From an uncultured bacterium (lineage in GTDB: Bacteria > Oederibacteriota > PGYV01 > CAWJRG01): a stretch of DNA of 64,000 bases. The notes beneath the pieces were generated by a model. That model had not been told where the DNA came from. It did no database searches and saw nothing but the letters and a program-made list of their open reading frames with translations. Shown one piece after another: positions 30,803 to 40,742 of the stretch. The stretch lies in contig CAWJRG010000006.1 in the NCBI GenBank assembly GCA_963845185.1, positions 83,388 through 147,387 on the forward strand. The letters are read 5' to 3'. A program made the position numbers and the translations under genes. Position 1 is the first letter of the stretch, and the number at the start of each line of letters is the position of its first letter.

Positions 30803-32776
30803 ATGAGAAAGATATTATTATTTGTCGTTTTTGGCATGGTTGTGTTTTTTAACAGTCTTTACGCAGGGGCGGAGCTTGTCGGCACAACGAGCACTAATTT
30901 CCTTAAAATCCCGCCTTTTGCCAGGGCAGAAGGCATGGGAGAGGCATATTCCGCCATATCAGACGGCACATACGGCCTGTATTACAACCCCGCTGGAATA
31001 GGCTCGATAATAGGATATGAGGCCCAGGCGAGCCATATAGCCTGGTTCCAGGACATAAATTATGAATTTGTTTCCTTTGTTGGTTCGTTCCCGCATGCCG
31101 ATGATATTGGAAAGTTCGGCATAGCTATCGCATGGCTGCAGGTAAACAACATGGCCAGGACATCTGTATCGCCGTCCTACGATTCATCCTATTTAAACAG
31201 CATAAACCCGGACAGCCTGATAAGCGGCAGTTTTTCCCCTTTTGATTATTCGGTTATACTCGGGTACGGGCAGGACATAAATGAGAATTTCAGCGCCGGA
31301 TTGACGCTCAAGATTAATTCGGAAAACATAGATACTTTCAGCGGCGAGAATGTGGCGGGAAATTTAGGAGTAATGTATAAGCTGGCGCTGGATAATAATT
31401 TTATCAGGGCAGGGTTGACTATTTCAAACCTCGGCATGGGTTTAAAGATGAGCACCTCTTCTTTCAGCACGCCGCTGAATATGCAGATCGGTGTGGCAGA
31501 CCAGATTAATTTATTCGGGAACGAGCTTACCCTGGCAGGGCAGGTCATACCGCAGACAGATTACAACCCTATATGCGGCGTTGGCGCGGAATACTGGGTA
31601 GACAACATAATGGCGCTAAGGCTGGGCTACGAATTCGGTGCGTTTACCCAGCCGACATTCGGCGTAGGCTTAAAATACGCGGACATCGAGTTTGACTACG
31701 CTTTTGTAAGCTATGATGAACTGGGAAATACCAACAGGGTTTCACTGGTTTATTCCTGGGGCACGCCGCCTTTGAAGCTGAAAACCACCCCTGCGGTTTT
31801 TTCGCCCAACGGAGATAAATACATGGACTGGACATATTTTTTCCCTTCGACAAAACTGCCCAATAAAATAAGGTCGCTCAAAATAGACATTTATGACGAG
31901 ACCGGGCAGACGCTTTTAACAAGCATTCAGGCTAAAAGCGGGTTTGACAAATACATGGCATGGGACGGCAAGGCAAACGGCGTTGTTTTAAAAGACGGTG
32001 TGTACAAAGCAAAAGCAACGGCAGAATACGACAACGGGAAATCGGAGTCAAACGAAACTACAGTGGAAGTAGACAATACGCCGCCTGAAGTGAGGGTCGA
32101 CGCTGAGCCGAAACTTTTAAGGCTTGGCCAGGAAAACCTGATGATACCGGCGACATTCACCCTTTTCGCGCATGACAAAAATAACATAGGGGCATGGCAG
32201 TTTACAATATGGGACAAGGACAAAAAGGTATTCTTTTCAACACAGGGCAAGGGCGAACCGCCTATTTCGTACATATGGGACGGCAAAGGGAACAACGGCG
32301 ATTACGTGAATACCGGAAATATTTATTATTACAGCTTAACCGCTTACGACTCGGTGGGAAACAAGGCGCAGACACCGGCTCAATCGCAGGTTGTGCTGCT
32401 TAAGGAAATAAAACTCACGTTCTCGTCTGATACGCTGTTTGACCTTGGCAAGGCAGACGTCAAAATATCAGCTTATAATATCCTGAAGGGTATGAAAGAA
32501 ACACTCGACAAATACCCGGAGAGCGACATAGTAGTCGCGGGCTATACAGACAATACCCCGGTTATGGCAGGGAAATACGGTTCAAATACGGAGCTGTCCA
32601 AAGCAAGGGCGGATGCTGTCAAGTTTTTCATGGTAAACCTGCTTGAAATGGACGAGAACAGGATAAAGACAGAAGGCTACGGCGAAGCGCAGCCCATAGC
32701 GCCAAACGATACGGATGAAGGCAGGCAGAAAAACAGGCGTGTTGAGATAATAATAAAAAGCACCATATATAAATAA
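30803..32776 (+). CDS. PorV/PorQ-family outer-membrane barrel fused to FlgD/CHU_C-like Ig domains and an OmpA peptidoglycan-binding domain
   Basis: GTTSTNFLKIPPFARAEGMGEAYSAISDG...YYNPAG PorV-family N-terminus; barrel ends RVSLVYSWG; FSPNGD, WDGK twice; LFD...GYTD...LSKARA...GYGE...NRRVEI. Confidence 0.85.
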   Translation: MRKILLFVVFGMVVFFNSLYAGAELVGTTSTNFLKIPPFARAEGMGEAYSAISDGTYGLYYNPAGIGSIIGYEAQASHIAWFQDINYEFVSFVGSFPHADDIGKFGIAIAWLQVNNMARTSVSPSYDSSYLNSINPDSLISGSFSPFDYSVILGYGQDINENFSAGLTLKINSENIDTFSGENVAGNLGVMYKLALDNNFIRAGLTISNLGMGLKMSTSSFSTPLNMQIGVADQINLFGNELTLAGQVIPQTDYNPICGVGAEYWVDNIMALRLGYEFGAFTQPTFGVGLKYADIEFDYAFVSYDELGNTNRVSLVYSWGTPPLKLKTTPAVFSPNGDKYMDWTYFFPSTKLPNKIRSLKIDIYDETGQTLLTSIQAKSGFDKYMAWDGKANGVVLKDGVYKAKATAEYDNGKSESNETTVEVDNTPPEVRVDAEPKLLRLGQENLMIPATFTLFAHDKNNIGAWQFTIWDKDKKVFFSTQGKGEPPISYIWDGKGNNGDYVNTGNIYYYSLTAYDSVGNKAQTPAQSQVVLLKEIKLTFSSDTLFDLGKADVKISAYNILKGMKETLDKYPESDIVVAGYTDNTPVMAGKYGSNTELSKARADAVKFFMVNLLEMDENRIKTEGYGEAQPIAPNDTDEGRQKNRRVEIIIKSTIYK

Positions 32777-32798
32777 TCAAAGTCAATTACGAATCATA

Positions 32799-32824
32799 CC
32801 CGCCGGCTCCTGCCGGCGGGGTTT
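32799..32824 (+). terminator. GC hairpin after the PorV-OmpA gene
   Basis: CCCGCCGGC-TCCT-GCCGGCGGG then GTTT. Confidence 0.5.
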
Positions 32825-32865
32825 ACTGATTGCCGAAGGAGTTCAATGATTTTCAAGGAGTGGAC

Positions 32866-34080
32866 ATGAAAGAAAATAAAATTAAGGCAATAATCATTTC
32901 AGGCATAATTTTATTTTATTGTTCGCAAAGAGCAACGGCCTGCGTTTCATATTCTGATGATTTCAGCAACCCGGCCACGATTAATTATTACAACTATTTT
33001 AATGTCAATTCGCAGTCACCGGGTACTCCCGCGAGCACGGGTTATCAAATAACGGGCGGGGAACTTAATGTTGTAGGCAACCAGGGAAACAACAACATGG
33101 GGGGAGTGGCAGTTGTAAACAGCGCGTATTTCAGCGGCACTACTGATTACCAGATAGACGTGGACGCGGAGATGGACTCAACATCAGCAAATGGACAATA
33201 TGGAATATTCGGAATAGCATTCAGGGTGCAGAGCAACGGCTCTTTTTATTCTTTCCAATGGAACGCCGACCCTTCACGCGCGGGCGGGAGCGCAGGTGAC
33301 TGGGAAATAGAGAAGTGGGGCTCATATCTTGCGGGCGGAAACACCAATTATACTTACGGCACGTGGGTGCACCTTACGGTGGTAGTGAGCGGAAACACAT
33401 TCACATGTTACCTGAATTACGTGCAAATTTACCAGGTGACTGATAATTCATATACAAGCGGCGCGGTGGGAGTGAGGACATACGCCATTGCCAACGGGAA
33501 CGTGGCGAGGTTCAAAAATTTCGTGGTGAATACCTGTGCAAGAATAGGCACGCCGACATTTACTCCGGTAGTGACGGAAACATGGACGCCGACAGAAACT
33601 GAGACATCGATACCTACAGAAACTGCAACATGGACGCCTACGGCAACAATAACGCAGACATTTACTATGACGGCAACTTTTTCAATGACGCCGACTTTAA
33701 CCATTACTCCTTCCATAACTGCTACAGGCACTATTACACAGACATTTACAGTCAGCCCCACTTATACTAATACCATGATAGCCACACCCACTCCATGCCT
33801 GGCATTATATAAAAATTCGCCAAACCCTTTCACTGTTGGCACAAACTTTATATTTGGTTCATGCATCCAGGTGGAAGTAAAGTTGAAAATATACACCATA
33901 AGCGGCGAGCTTGTGGATGAATTGACTCAGCAGGGTCAGCCGGGAATGAACAGCATATACTGGGATGCTAAAAACAAAGCAGGCAAGGGCGTGGCAAGCG
34001 GGACATATATTTACAGCTTTGAGACAGTTGAAGGCATGTCAAAGCAAAAACAGTGGGGAAAAATGGCTGTAGTGAAATAA
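32866..34080 (+). CDS. Secreted concanavalin/DUF1080-like beta-sandwich protein + Thr linker + NSPNP C-terminal domain
   Basis: Signal peptide; YSDDFS, GIAFR, WVHLTVVVSGNTFTCY, GAVG...FKNF; same CTD ending WGKMAVVK. Confidence 0.75.
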   Translation: MKENKIKAIIISGIILFYCSQRATACVSYSDDFSNPATINYYNYFNVNSQSPGTPASTGYQITGGELNVVGNQGNNNMGGVAVVNSAYFSGTTDYQIDVDAEMDSTSANGQYGIFGIAFRVQSNGSFYSFQWNADPSRAGGSAGDWEIEKWGSYLAGGNTNYTYGTWVHLTVVVSGNTFTCYLNYVQIYQVTDNSYTSGAVGVRTYAIANGNVARFKNFVVNTCARIGTPTFTPVVTETWTPTETETSIPTETATWTPTATITQTFTMTATFSMTPTLTITPSITATGTITQTFTVSPTYTNTMIATPTPCLALYKNSPNPFTVGTNFIFGSCIQVEVKLKIYTISGELVDELTQQGQPGMNSIYWDAKNKAGKGVASGTYIYSFETVEGMSKQKQWGKMAVVK

Positions 34081-34081
34081 A

Positions 34082-35722
34082 ATGCGGTTAAAAAGTCTTT
34101 TATTTGTTCTGCTATTAATATTTTTTTGCCTACCAATTTATGCCGATGTCTGGGCCGACAGGCACGGAACTACAAGCACAGCAGGCATAGATTCGGGAAC
34201 GCGGTATAATCCTTATTCGACGTTAAAACCCCCTCTGATATTGTTGTGGTCGCAGACCAACTGGGACGGATATGATGGTTCGGGAAATACAATTAATGTC
34301 ATACAGGAATCATCGTCGGCAATAGTAAATGGGATTGTGTATTTGGGGTCTTCAAACAACTGGTTTCCTGCAAGCCATGGTTTATACGCGTGGGACACGA
34401 ATACAGGCGCACTTATTGCCGGTTTTCCCATAACCCCACCTAATAATACAACATCCTCGCCGGCAATAGCAAATGGAATAGTTTACATAGGTTCGGAAGA
34501 CGGTAATTTATATGCATGGAATGCGGCGACAGGGGCAGGCATTGCAGGATTTCCAGTCAGTACAGGAGGCCGGGTTTGGTCCTCGCCGACAATAGCAAAT
34601 GGGATTGTTTATGTCGGGTCGGAAGATGACAAATTATACGCATGGAACGCCCTAACAGGAGCAGGTATTCCGGGATTCCCGGTAAGTACCGGAGGCATGA
34701 TTGATTCATCGCCAACGATAGCGAATGGAATTGTTTATGTGGGCTCAAGGGACCATAAATTATATGCATGGAACGCCCTGACAGGGGCAGGTATACCCGG
34801 ATTCCCGGTAAGCACCGGGTATGATATTGAATTATCTTCTCCTGCCGTGGCAAATGGAGTTGTTTATGTGGGGTCAATGGACAATAAATTATATGCATGG
34901 AACGCCCTGACAGGGGCAGGTATGCCCGGATTCCCGGTAAGCACCGGGAGCAATATTGCGTCGTCGCCTGCAGTGGCAAACGGTTATGTATATGTTGGGT
35001 CGTGGGATAATAATTTATACGCGATTGATATTACAAACGGAAACATTGTATGGCAATAAACATTCCCATCAAATGGCGGCTATGAAGGCACTGACCGCTG
35101 TTCGCCTGCGATAGCAGAAGACAAGCTTTTTATGACATCAGACGAAGGAAACGGAATATTCGTATTCTGTATGCCAAGCCCGAATGCAACGCCAACAATA
35201 ACCGGGACGCCGCCGACTGCGACGGTTTTTCCAACAATAACGCCTACATTGACAATAACGCAAACGTATACAATTTCACCGACGCTTACGGCAACCATGA
35301 CGTATACAAAGACGGTATCACAGACATGCACTTATACGCAGACAACGACATTTACAATATCGCCAACCGGTACAATTACACCTACGCCAAGCATGACATG
35401 CACAGAAACAATAACACCCACACCGGTAATACCGTTTTGCCTGACATTATATAAAAATTCGCCCAACCCCTGTTCATACGGCACGAATATAATATACCAG
35501 TTGTGCGACGAGGCTGATGTAAATGTAAAGATATACACGATAAGCGGCGAGGTCGTCGTGAAACTTTCGCAGCATAGCCAGCCGGGCATGAACAGCATAT
35601 ACTGGGACACCAAAAATAAAAGCGGCAAAGGCGTGGCAAGCGGGACATATATTTACAGCTTAGAGGCTGTTGAGGGCAGGGAAAAACAAAAACAGTGGGG
35701 AAAGATGGCTGTAGTGAAGTAA
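34082..35722 (+). pseudogene. Paralog of the 28750 PQQ-propeller protein interrupted by an in-frame TAA at 35057
   Basis: ORFs 34082 and 35132 are in the same frame; paralog has TGG CAA TAC where this has TGG CAA TAA, and alignment continues without gaps. Confidence 0.8.
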
Positions 35723-35832
35723 GATTTGGGATTTGGAATTTGGCATTCCGGGGATTTATTCATTAATTAAAAAAATATGATATAATATTGTTGTGCAGGG
35801 AGCACGAGTTCCCGGGATAGAGGTGTTTTAAT

Positions 35833-38253
35833 TTGGCAAAAACAATAAAATATTTCCTGTTTTTCTTATTTGGATTTTTTATAATAAATTCCCATGCCCT
35901 GGCAGACACTCCGCCATGTTACCTCCTTAGCTGGGGAACTTCCGGAACAGGCAACGGGCAGTTTAACGGCTCTGCCGGAATGGCAATAGCCGGCGACGGA
36001 AACGTGTATGTTGCAGACGGTTTAAATAACAGAATCCAGGAATTCAGCAGTTCGGGGGCATATATTACCCAATGGGGAAGTTATGGGAGCCTCAATGGCC
36101 AGTTTATTTTGCCCGCGGGATTAGCCTTAGACAGCAGCGGAAATGTTTATGTTGCAGATATGGGCAATAACAGAATACAGGAATTCAGCAGCACAGGCGC
36201 ATATATAACGCAATGGGGCAGTCCCGGGACCGGCAATGGGCAGTTTAATAATTCTCCCGGCGACGTCGCAGTATCCAGCAGCGGGAACATATATGCTGTA
36301 GACACTTATGATTTCAGGATTGAGGAATTCAGCAGCACAGGCGCATATATAACGCAATGGGGAAGCCAGGGAAGCGCCAACGGGCAGTTTAATTATCCTG
36401 GCCCAATAGCCATAGACAGCAGCGGAAACGTATATGCTACAGACGAGATTAATGACAATATCCAGGAATACAGCAGCAACGGCACCTATATAACTCAATG
36501 GGGAAGCGCCGGGAGTGGAAACGGGCAGTTTAACCGCCCCATTGGAATAGAATTTGGCAGTAACGGCAACCTTTATGTTGCGGACAGCCTTAATAACAGG
36601 ATCCAGGAATTCAGCAGCACGGGCGCATATATAACGCAGTGGGGAACTTCAGGGGCCGGCCCCGGGCAGTTTAATTATCCAAATAATGTTGCGATAGACA
36701 GTGGCGGGGATGTGTATGTTTCAGATTCGGGTAATTACAGAATCCAGGAATTCGGCTGGTGTGGTAGCCCCACGCCGACTTTCACTGCATCGCCAATAGT
36801 AACACCTACAATATCACCTACGATGACGCCGACATATACTGCCACTTTTACATCAGGGCCGACACCTTGTTTCGTACGCAGTTGGGGGAGTACCGGGAGC
36901 GGCAATGGGCAGTTTAATTATCCGTGGGGAGTAGCAGTAGACAGCAGCGGGGACGTTTATGTTGCAGACATTGATAATAACAGGATCCAGGAATTCAGCA
37001 ATACGGGCACATACATAACACAATGGGGCAGCGTGGGAAGCGGCAGTGGGCAGTTCAGCGCGGCCCGTACATTAGCAGTAGCAAAAAACGGAAATGTTTA
37101 CGTTGCAGACCAAGGTAATAACAGAATCCAAGAATTCAGCAGTAGCGGCACATATATCACACAATGGGGCAGTTATGGAATCAGCAGTGGGCAGCTTAGT
37201 GGTCCTATCGGAATTGCTATAGACAGCAGCGGAAATGTATATGTTGCAGACACAGGTAATAATAGAATCCAAGAATTCAGCAGTACAGGCACATATATAA
37301 CACAATGGGGAAGCACTGGAAGCGGCAATGGGCAATTTAACAATCCAGTTGGAATAGCAGTATCGAGTAACGGAAACGTGTATGTTGAAGATAATCATAA
37401 TAACAGGATTGAGGAATTCAGCAGTAGCGGCACATATATCACACAATGGGGAAGTCTTGGGAGCAACCCCGGGCAATTTCATTTTCCTTATGGTATAGCA
37501 GTAGACAGCAGCGGGTACGTGTATGTTTCGGATGTAAACAACAGGATCCAGGAATTCAGCAGCACAGGCACATATATAACACAATGGGATAATGGTTTTA
37601 ACGGCCCTATTGGAGTAGCAGTAGACAACAATGGAAACATTTTTGTCGTGGACAACGGCAACAACATAATAGAGGAATTCGGCTCGTGCGGCAGTCCCAC
37701 GCCGACCCTGCAGGTGACGCCGTCATCGACATGGACAATAACGCCGACATTTACCATATCGGAGACTGATACAATCACAAACACTTTTACAGCAACATTA
37801 ACGATAACACAAACGCTTACTGAAACTCCGACTTATACCATATCGCCGACCAATACAATTACTGCAACAATAACGCCCACTCCAAGCATGACATGCACCG
37901 CTTCAATAACACCCATTCCCAGCATAACATGCACTATAACAGCGACATCCACGCCGCAGGCGCCGCTTTGCCTGACTTTATACAAAAATTCGCCTAACCC
38001 GTGCTCAAACGGCACAAATATAATTTACCAGTTATGTGATGAGGCAGAGGTAAATGTAAATATATACACCATCAGCGGCGAAGTGGTGAGAGAACTCTCG
38101 CAGCAGGGTGAGCCTGGGATGAACAGCATATACTGGGATACTAATAATAAAACAGGCAGGGGAGTTGCAAGCGGAGTATATATTTACAGCATCGAGGCAG
38201 CTGACGGGCAAGGAAAGAAAAAAGCATGGGGAAAGATGGCGGTGGTGAAGTAA
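35833..38253 (+). CDS. Secreted protein with two 6-bladed NHL propellers, Thr/Pro linkers and NSPNP C-terminal domain
   Basis: Signal peptide (TTG start, GAGGTG RBS); 12 NHL repeats; CTD ending WGKMAVVK. Confidence 0.88.
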   Translation: MAKTIKYFLFFLFGFFIINSHALADTPPCYLLSWGTSGTGNGQFNGSAGMAIAGDGNVYVADGLNNRIQEFSSSGAYITQWGSYGSLNGQFILPAGLALDSSGNVYVADMGNNRIQEFSSTGAYITQWGSPGTGNGQFNNSPGDVAVSSSGNIYAVDTYDFRIEEFSSTGAYITQWGSQGSANGQFNYPGPIAIDSSGNVYATDEINDNIQEYSSNGTYITQWGSAGSGNGQFNRPIGIEFGSNGNLYVADSLNNRIQEFSSTGAYITQWGTSGAGPGQFNYPNNVAIDSGGDVYVSDSGNYRIQEFGWCGSPTPTFTASPIVTPTISPTMTPTYTATFTSGPTPCFVRSWGSTGSGNGQFNYPWGVAVDSSGDVYVADIDNNRIQEFSNTGTYITQWGSVGSGSGQFSAARTLAVAKNGNVYVADQGNNRIQEFSSSGTYITQWGSYGISSGQLSGPIGIAIDSSGNVYVADTGNNRIQEFSSTGTYITQWGSTGSGNGQFNNPVGIAVSSNGNVYVEDNHNNRIEEFSSSGTYITQWGSLGSNPGQFHFPYGIAVDSSGYVYVSDVNNRIQEFSSTGTYITQWDNGFNGPIGVAVDNNGNIFVVDNGNNIIEEFGSCGSPTPTLQVTPSSTWTITPTFTISETDTITNTFTATLTITQTLTETPTYTISPTNTITATITPTPSMTCTASITPIPSITCTITATSTPQAPLCLTLYKNSPNPCSNGTNIIYQLCDEAEVNVNIYTISGEVVRELSQQGEPGMNSIYWDTNNKTGRGVASGVYIYSIEAADGQGKKKAWGKMAVVK

Positions 38254-38357
38254 TATTATATAGAAGAATGTAGAGTCAAATTATAAATAATTCCCTATTC
38301 GATGGTGTATAAAAAAGTATGTAATTTCAATTTTTATTATTATCTGAAAAGAATTTT

Positions 38358-38509
38358 CCCTCTCTCTCGGCGGGAGAGGGCGGAGATTTTTATGATTTCT
38401 CCATACCCCTCACTCTGACTCTTGGGTAGAAAAGCATATTTTAAATTATAAATGACTTCTACCCGTTTAATAATCCACAGGATTATTTAACTCAACAAGG
38501 GGAGAGAGG
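38358..38509. repeat. REP-like CCCTCTC...GGGAGAGG palindromes, second copy interrupted
   Basis: CCCTCTCTCTCGGCGGGAGAGGG; CCCCTCACTCTGACTCT[68 bp]CTCAACAAGGGGAGAGAGG. Confidence 0.5.
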
Positions 38510-38656
38510 TTGTTTGTTTTTGAAATTACACACAAATTAAGACAATACCACCTGTTTCTCGCCTCTTGATAAAACCAATAAATAATGATAATATGCAAAC
38601 AACTTTTGGGAATCGGGAATAGAGAATCGGGAATTGATGATTGTAAACGGTGAAAA

Positions 38657-40742
38657 ATGGCTGAAAAATACTTAAAAAAGGCGTTTGAAATATTCCTGCT
38701 TTTTTACATAACTTTTATACCGCTTGTATTTTTTAATCACGCAAACGACCCTTTCTGGATCGTGGAAAAATTTTTCCTCAGGTTCGCGGTTTCAATACTT
38801 ATCTGCATATTCCTTATATACATGCTCGCTGCCAAAAAATTCCTTTTGATAAAAACGCCTTATAACATTTTATTCCTGGCTTTTATCGGCATAAACCTGA
38901 TTGGGATATTCAAAATATCCAACTTTTACGCGTTTATTGACAGGTTCTTTGAAAATATATGCTATATAATTACAGCTTACCTTGCCTTGCTTTACCTTTT
39001 ATCGAACCGGCAGTCTGATAAAACATACAAGATACTCGCACTTTTGGTTTCTGCGGCTTTTTTTATGGCAATTTACGGCATAGCCCAGAGCCTTGGCATT
39101 GATTTCCTGTCGTGGCAAAACAATTTCTCGAACCGCGCTGCTTCGACTCTCGGCAACCCGAATTTCCTGGCAGGGCACATGGTGCTTATAATACCGCTGT
39201 GTTATGCCATGATATTCATGGCCCAGAACAGGCTGTTAAGGTTCGCTATGCTCCTGGTTTCAATCATTACAACCACTGTACTTCTTTTTACGCAGACAAG
39301 GGGCGCGTACATAGGGTTTGGAATTTCCGTAATATTTTTTATTTTGCTTTTTGCGTTTTACGCAAGGGATACCATAAAAAAATATAAAGTATGGGTGATA
39401 ATTTTTTGCTGCATTGCGGCAGGCATTGCAGCCGCTTACCTTGTGAAAAACCACAATGCACTTTGCAAGGATAAAGGAAATAGTGACCTTAAAAGACGAG
39501 TCGATGCGTATCAGGACATTGCTGTGGAAAAACAGCCTTTATCTGATTGCGGAAAACCCATTGCTCGGCTCGGGCGCAGGCAATTTTTACGCCAAATACC
39601 CTTACTACCAGTCAAGGGCGCTTGATTATACTTATTTTGCAAACAATGATTTTTACCGCTCGGGCCACAGCCATAATGATTTTATCCAGTTCGCAGCGGA
39701 ATACGGCATACCAGGCGCGGGAATAATATTTGCCATATTCGCCCTGATATTCATAACCGGGTTCAGGTACTTAAAAAAAGCCGATACTTTTCACCCTCTC
39801 TCTGCCTCTCTCCCGTCGAGGGAGAGAGGATTTGAAAAGGACAAGATGCTTGTTATAGGAATATTTCAGGCATAACAGGACTGCTCATACACGCATTTTT
39901 TAATTTTCCATTCCAGATAATACCCACAACCGTGGTTTTTTATTTGTTTTTAAGCATGATGGTTTTCAGTGAAAAGGAATTTTCCATCAAGAGAATTTCC
40001 TGTTACAGGGGCGGCAAGGATTGCGGGCGCGGTTTACTCATGATTTTCATTACAGCCGGCGTAATTGCCGTAAGGGCTCTTGCCTCAGACTCTTATTTAA
40101 GAAGCGCGAAAGAAGCAGACTATTTCAAACAGCCGGAAAACGCGGCAGGCTACGCGGCCCAGGGCAATAAGGATTACGCCGTGGAACGAAGACGAGCTGT
40201 TTTTTTACGGCCAGGTGATGGACAAACTGGGCAAAAAAGCAGACGCTGACAGGAGCTATGAGCAGGTTTACAAAATAAACAAGACATACTGGGAGGCGAT
40301 GCCGCAGGTTTTTCAATACTATATGGAGCAGGGAATGAAAGTCAAGGCGCTCGACGTCGGCGAAGAAATGTACAAAATGTCGCCTTACGCGAAAAAATCC
40401 ATAATTGCGCTGGCTTACGCTTATTTCATGAACGGGAAAACCGGTGACGCGATAAGAATAAGCGAGCAGGGCATTAAATATTATCCGGACGACTCCACTA
40501 TACTGGACCAGCTTTCGGGCATTTACGGCAGCGCAGAGAATTATGAAAAGACGCTGTTTTACGCGCAAAAGGCAATTGAGGCAGAGCCGGGTTTTTCCGA
40601 GCCTTATTACAACGCGGGCCTGGCATATTTCAAAATGAAAAATTACAGGGAAGCAAAAAAGATGATTGATAAAATGCTTGTTCTTGAGCCGGACAGCGGC
40701 AAAGGCAAGTCCCTGCTTGAGGCCATAAAAAATGCCAAATGA
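38657..40742 (+). CDS. O-antigen-ligase family + TPR protein, fragmented by about five single-base indels
   Basis: RAASTLGNPNFLAG, TQTRGAY, GSGAGNF, HSHNDFIQ, HAFFNFP, TPRs; indels near 39463, 39866, 39992, 40034 and 40157 restore one frame. Confidence 0.8.
39791..39829. repeat. REP-like palindrome embedded in coding sequence
   Basis: TCACCCTCTCTCTGCCTCTCTCCCGTCGAGGGAGAGAGG matches intergenic copies at 50731-50768 (reverse) and 50878-50917. Confidence 0.75.

Noticed and set aside
35057..35059. Stop-codon recoding or alternative genetic code
   Set aside because: TAA ends many clear genes here (trxB, hypA, serA, purA); Sec and Pyl use TGA and TAG
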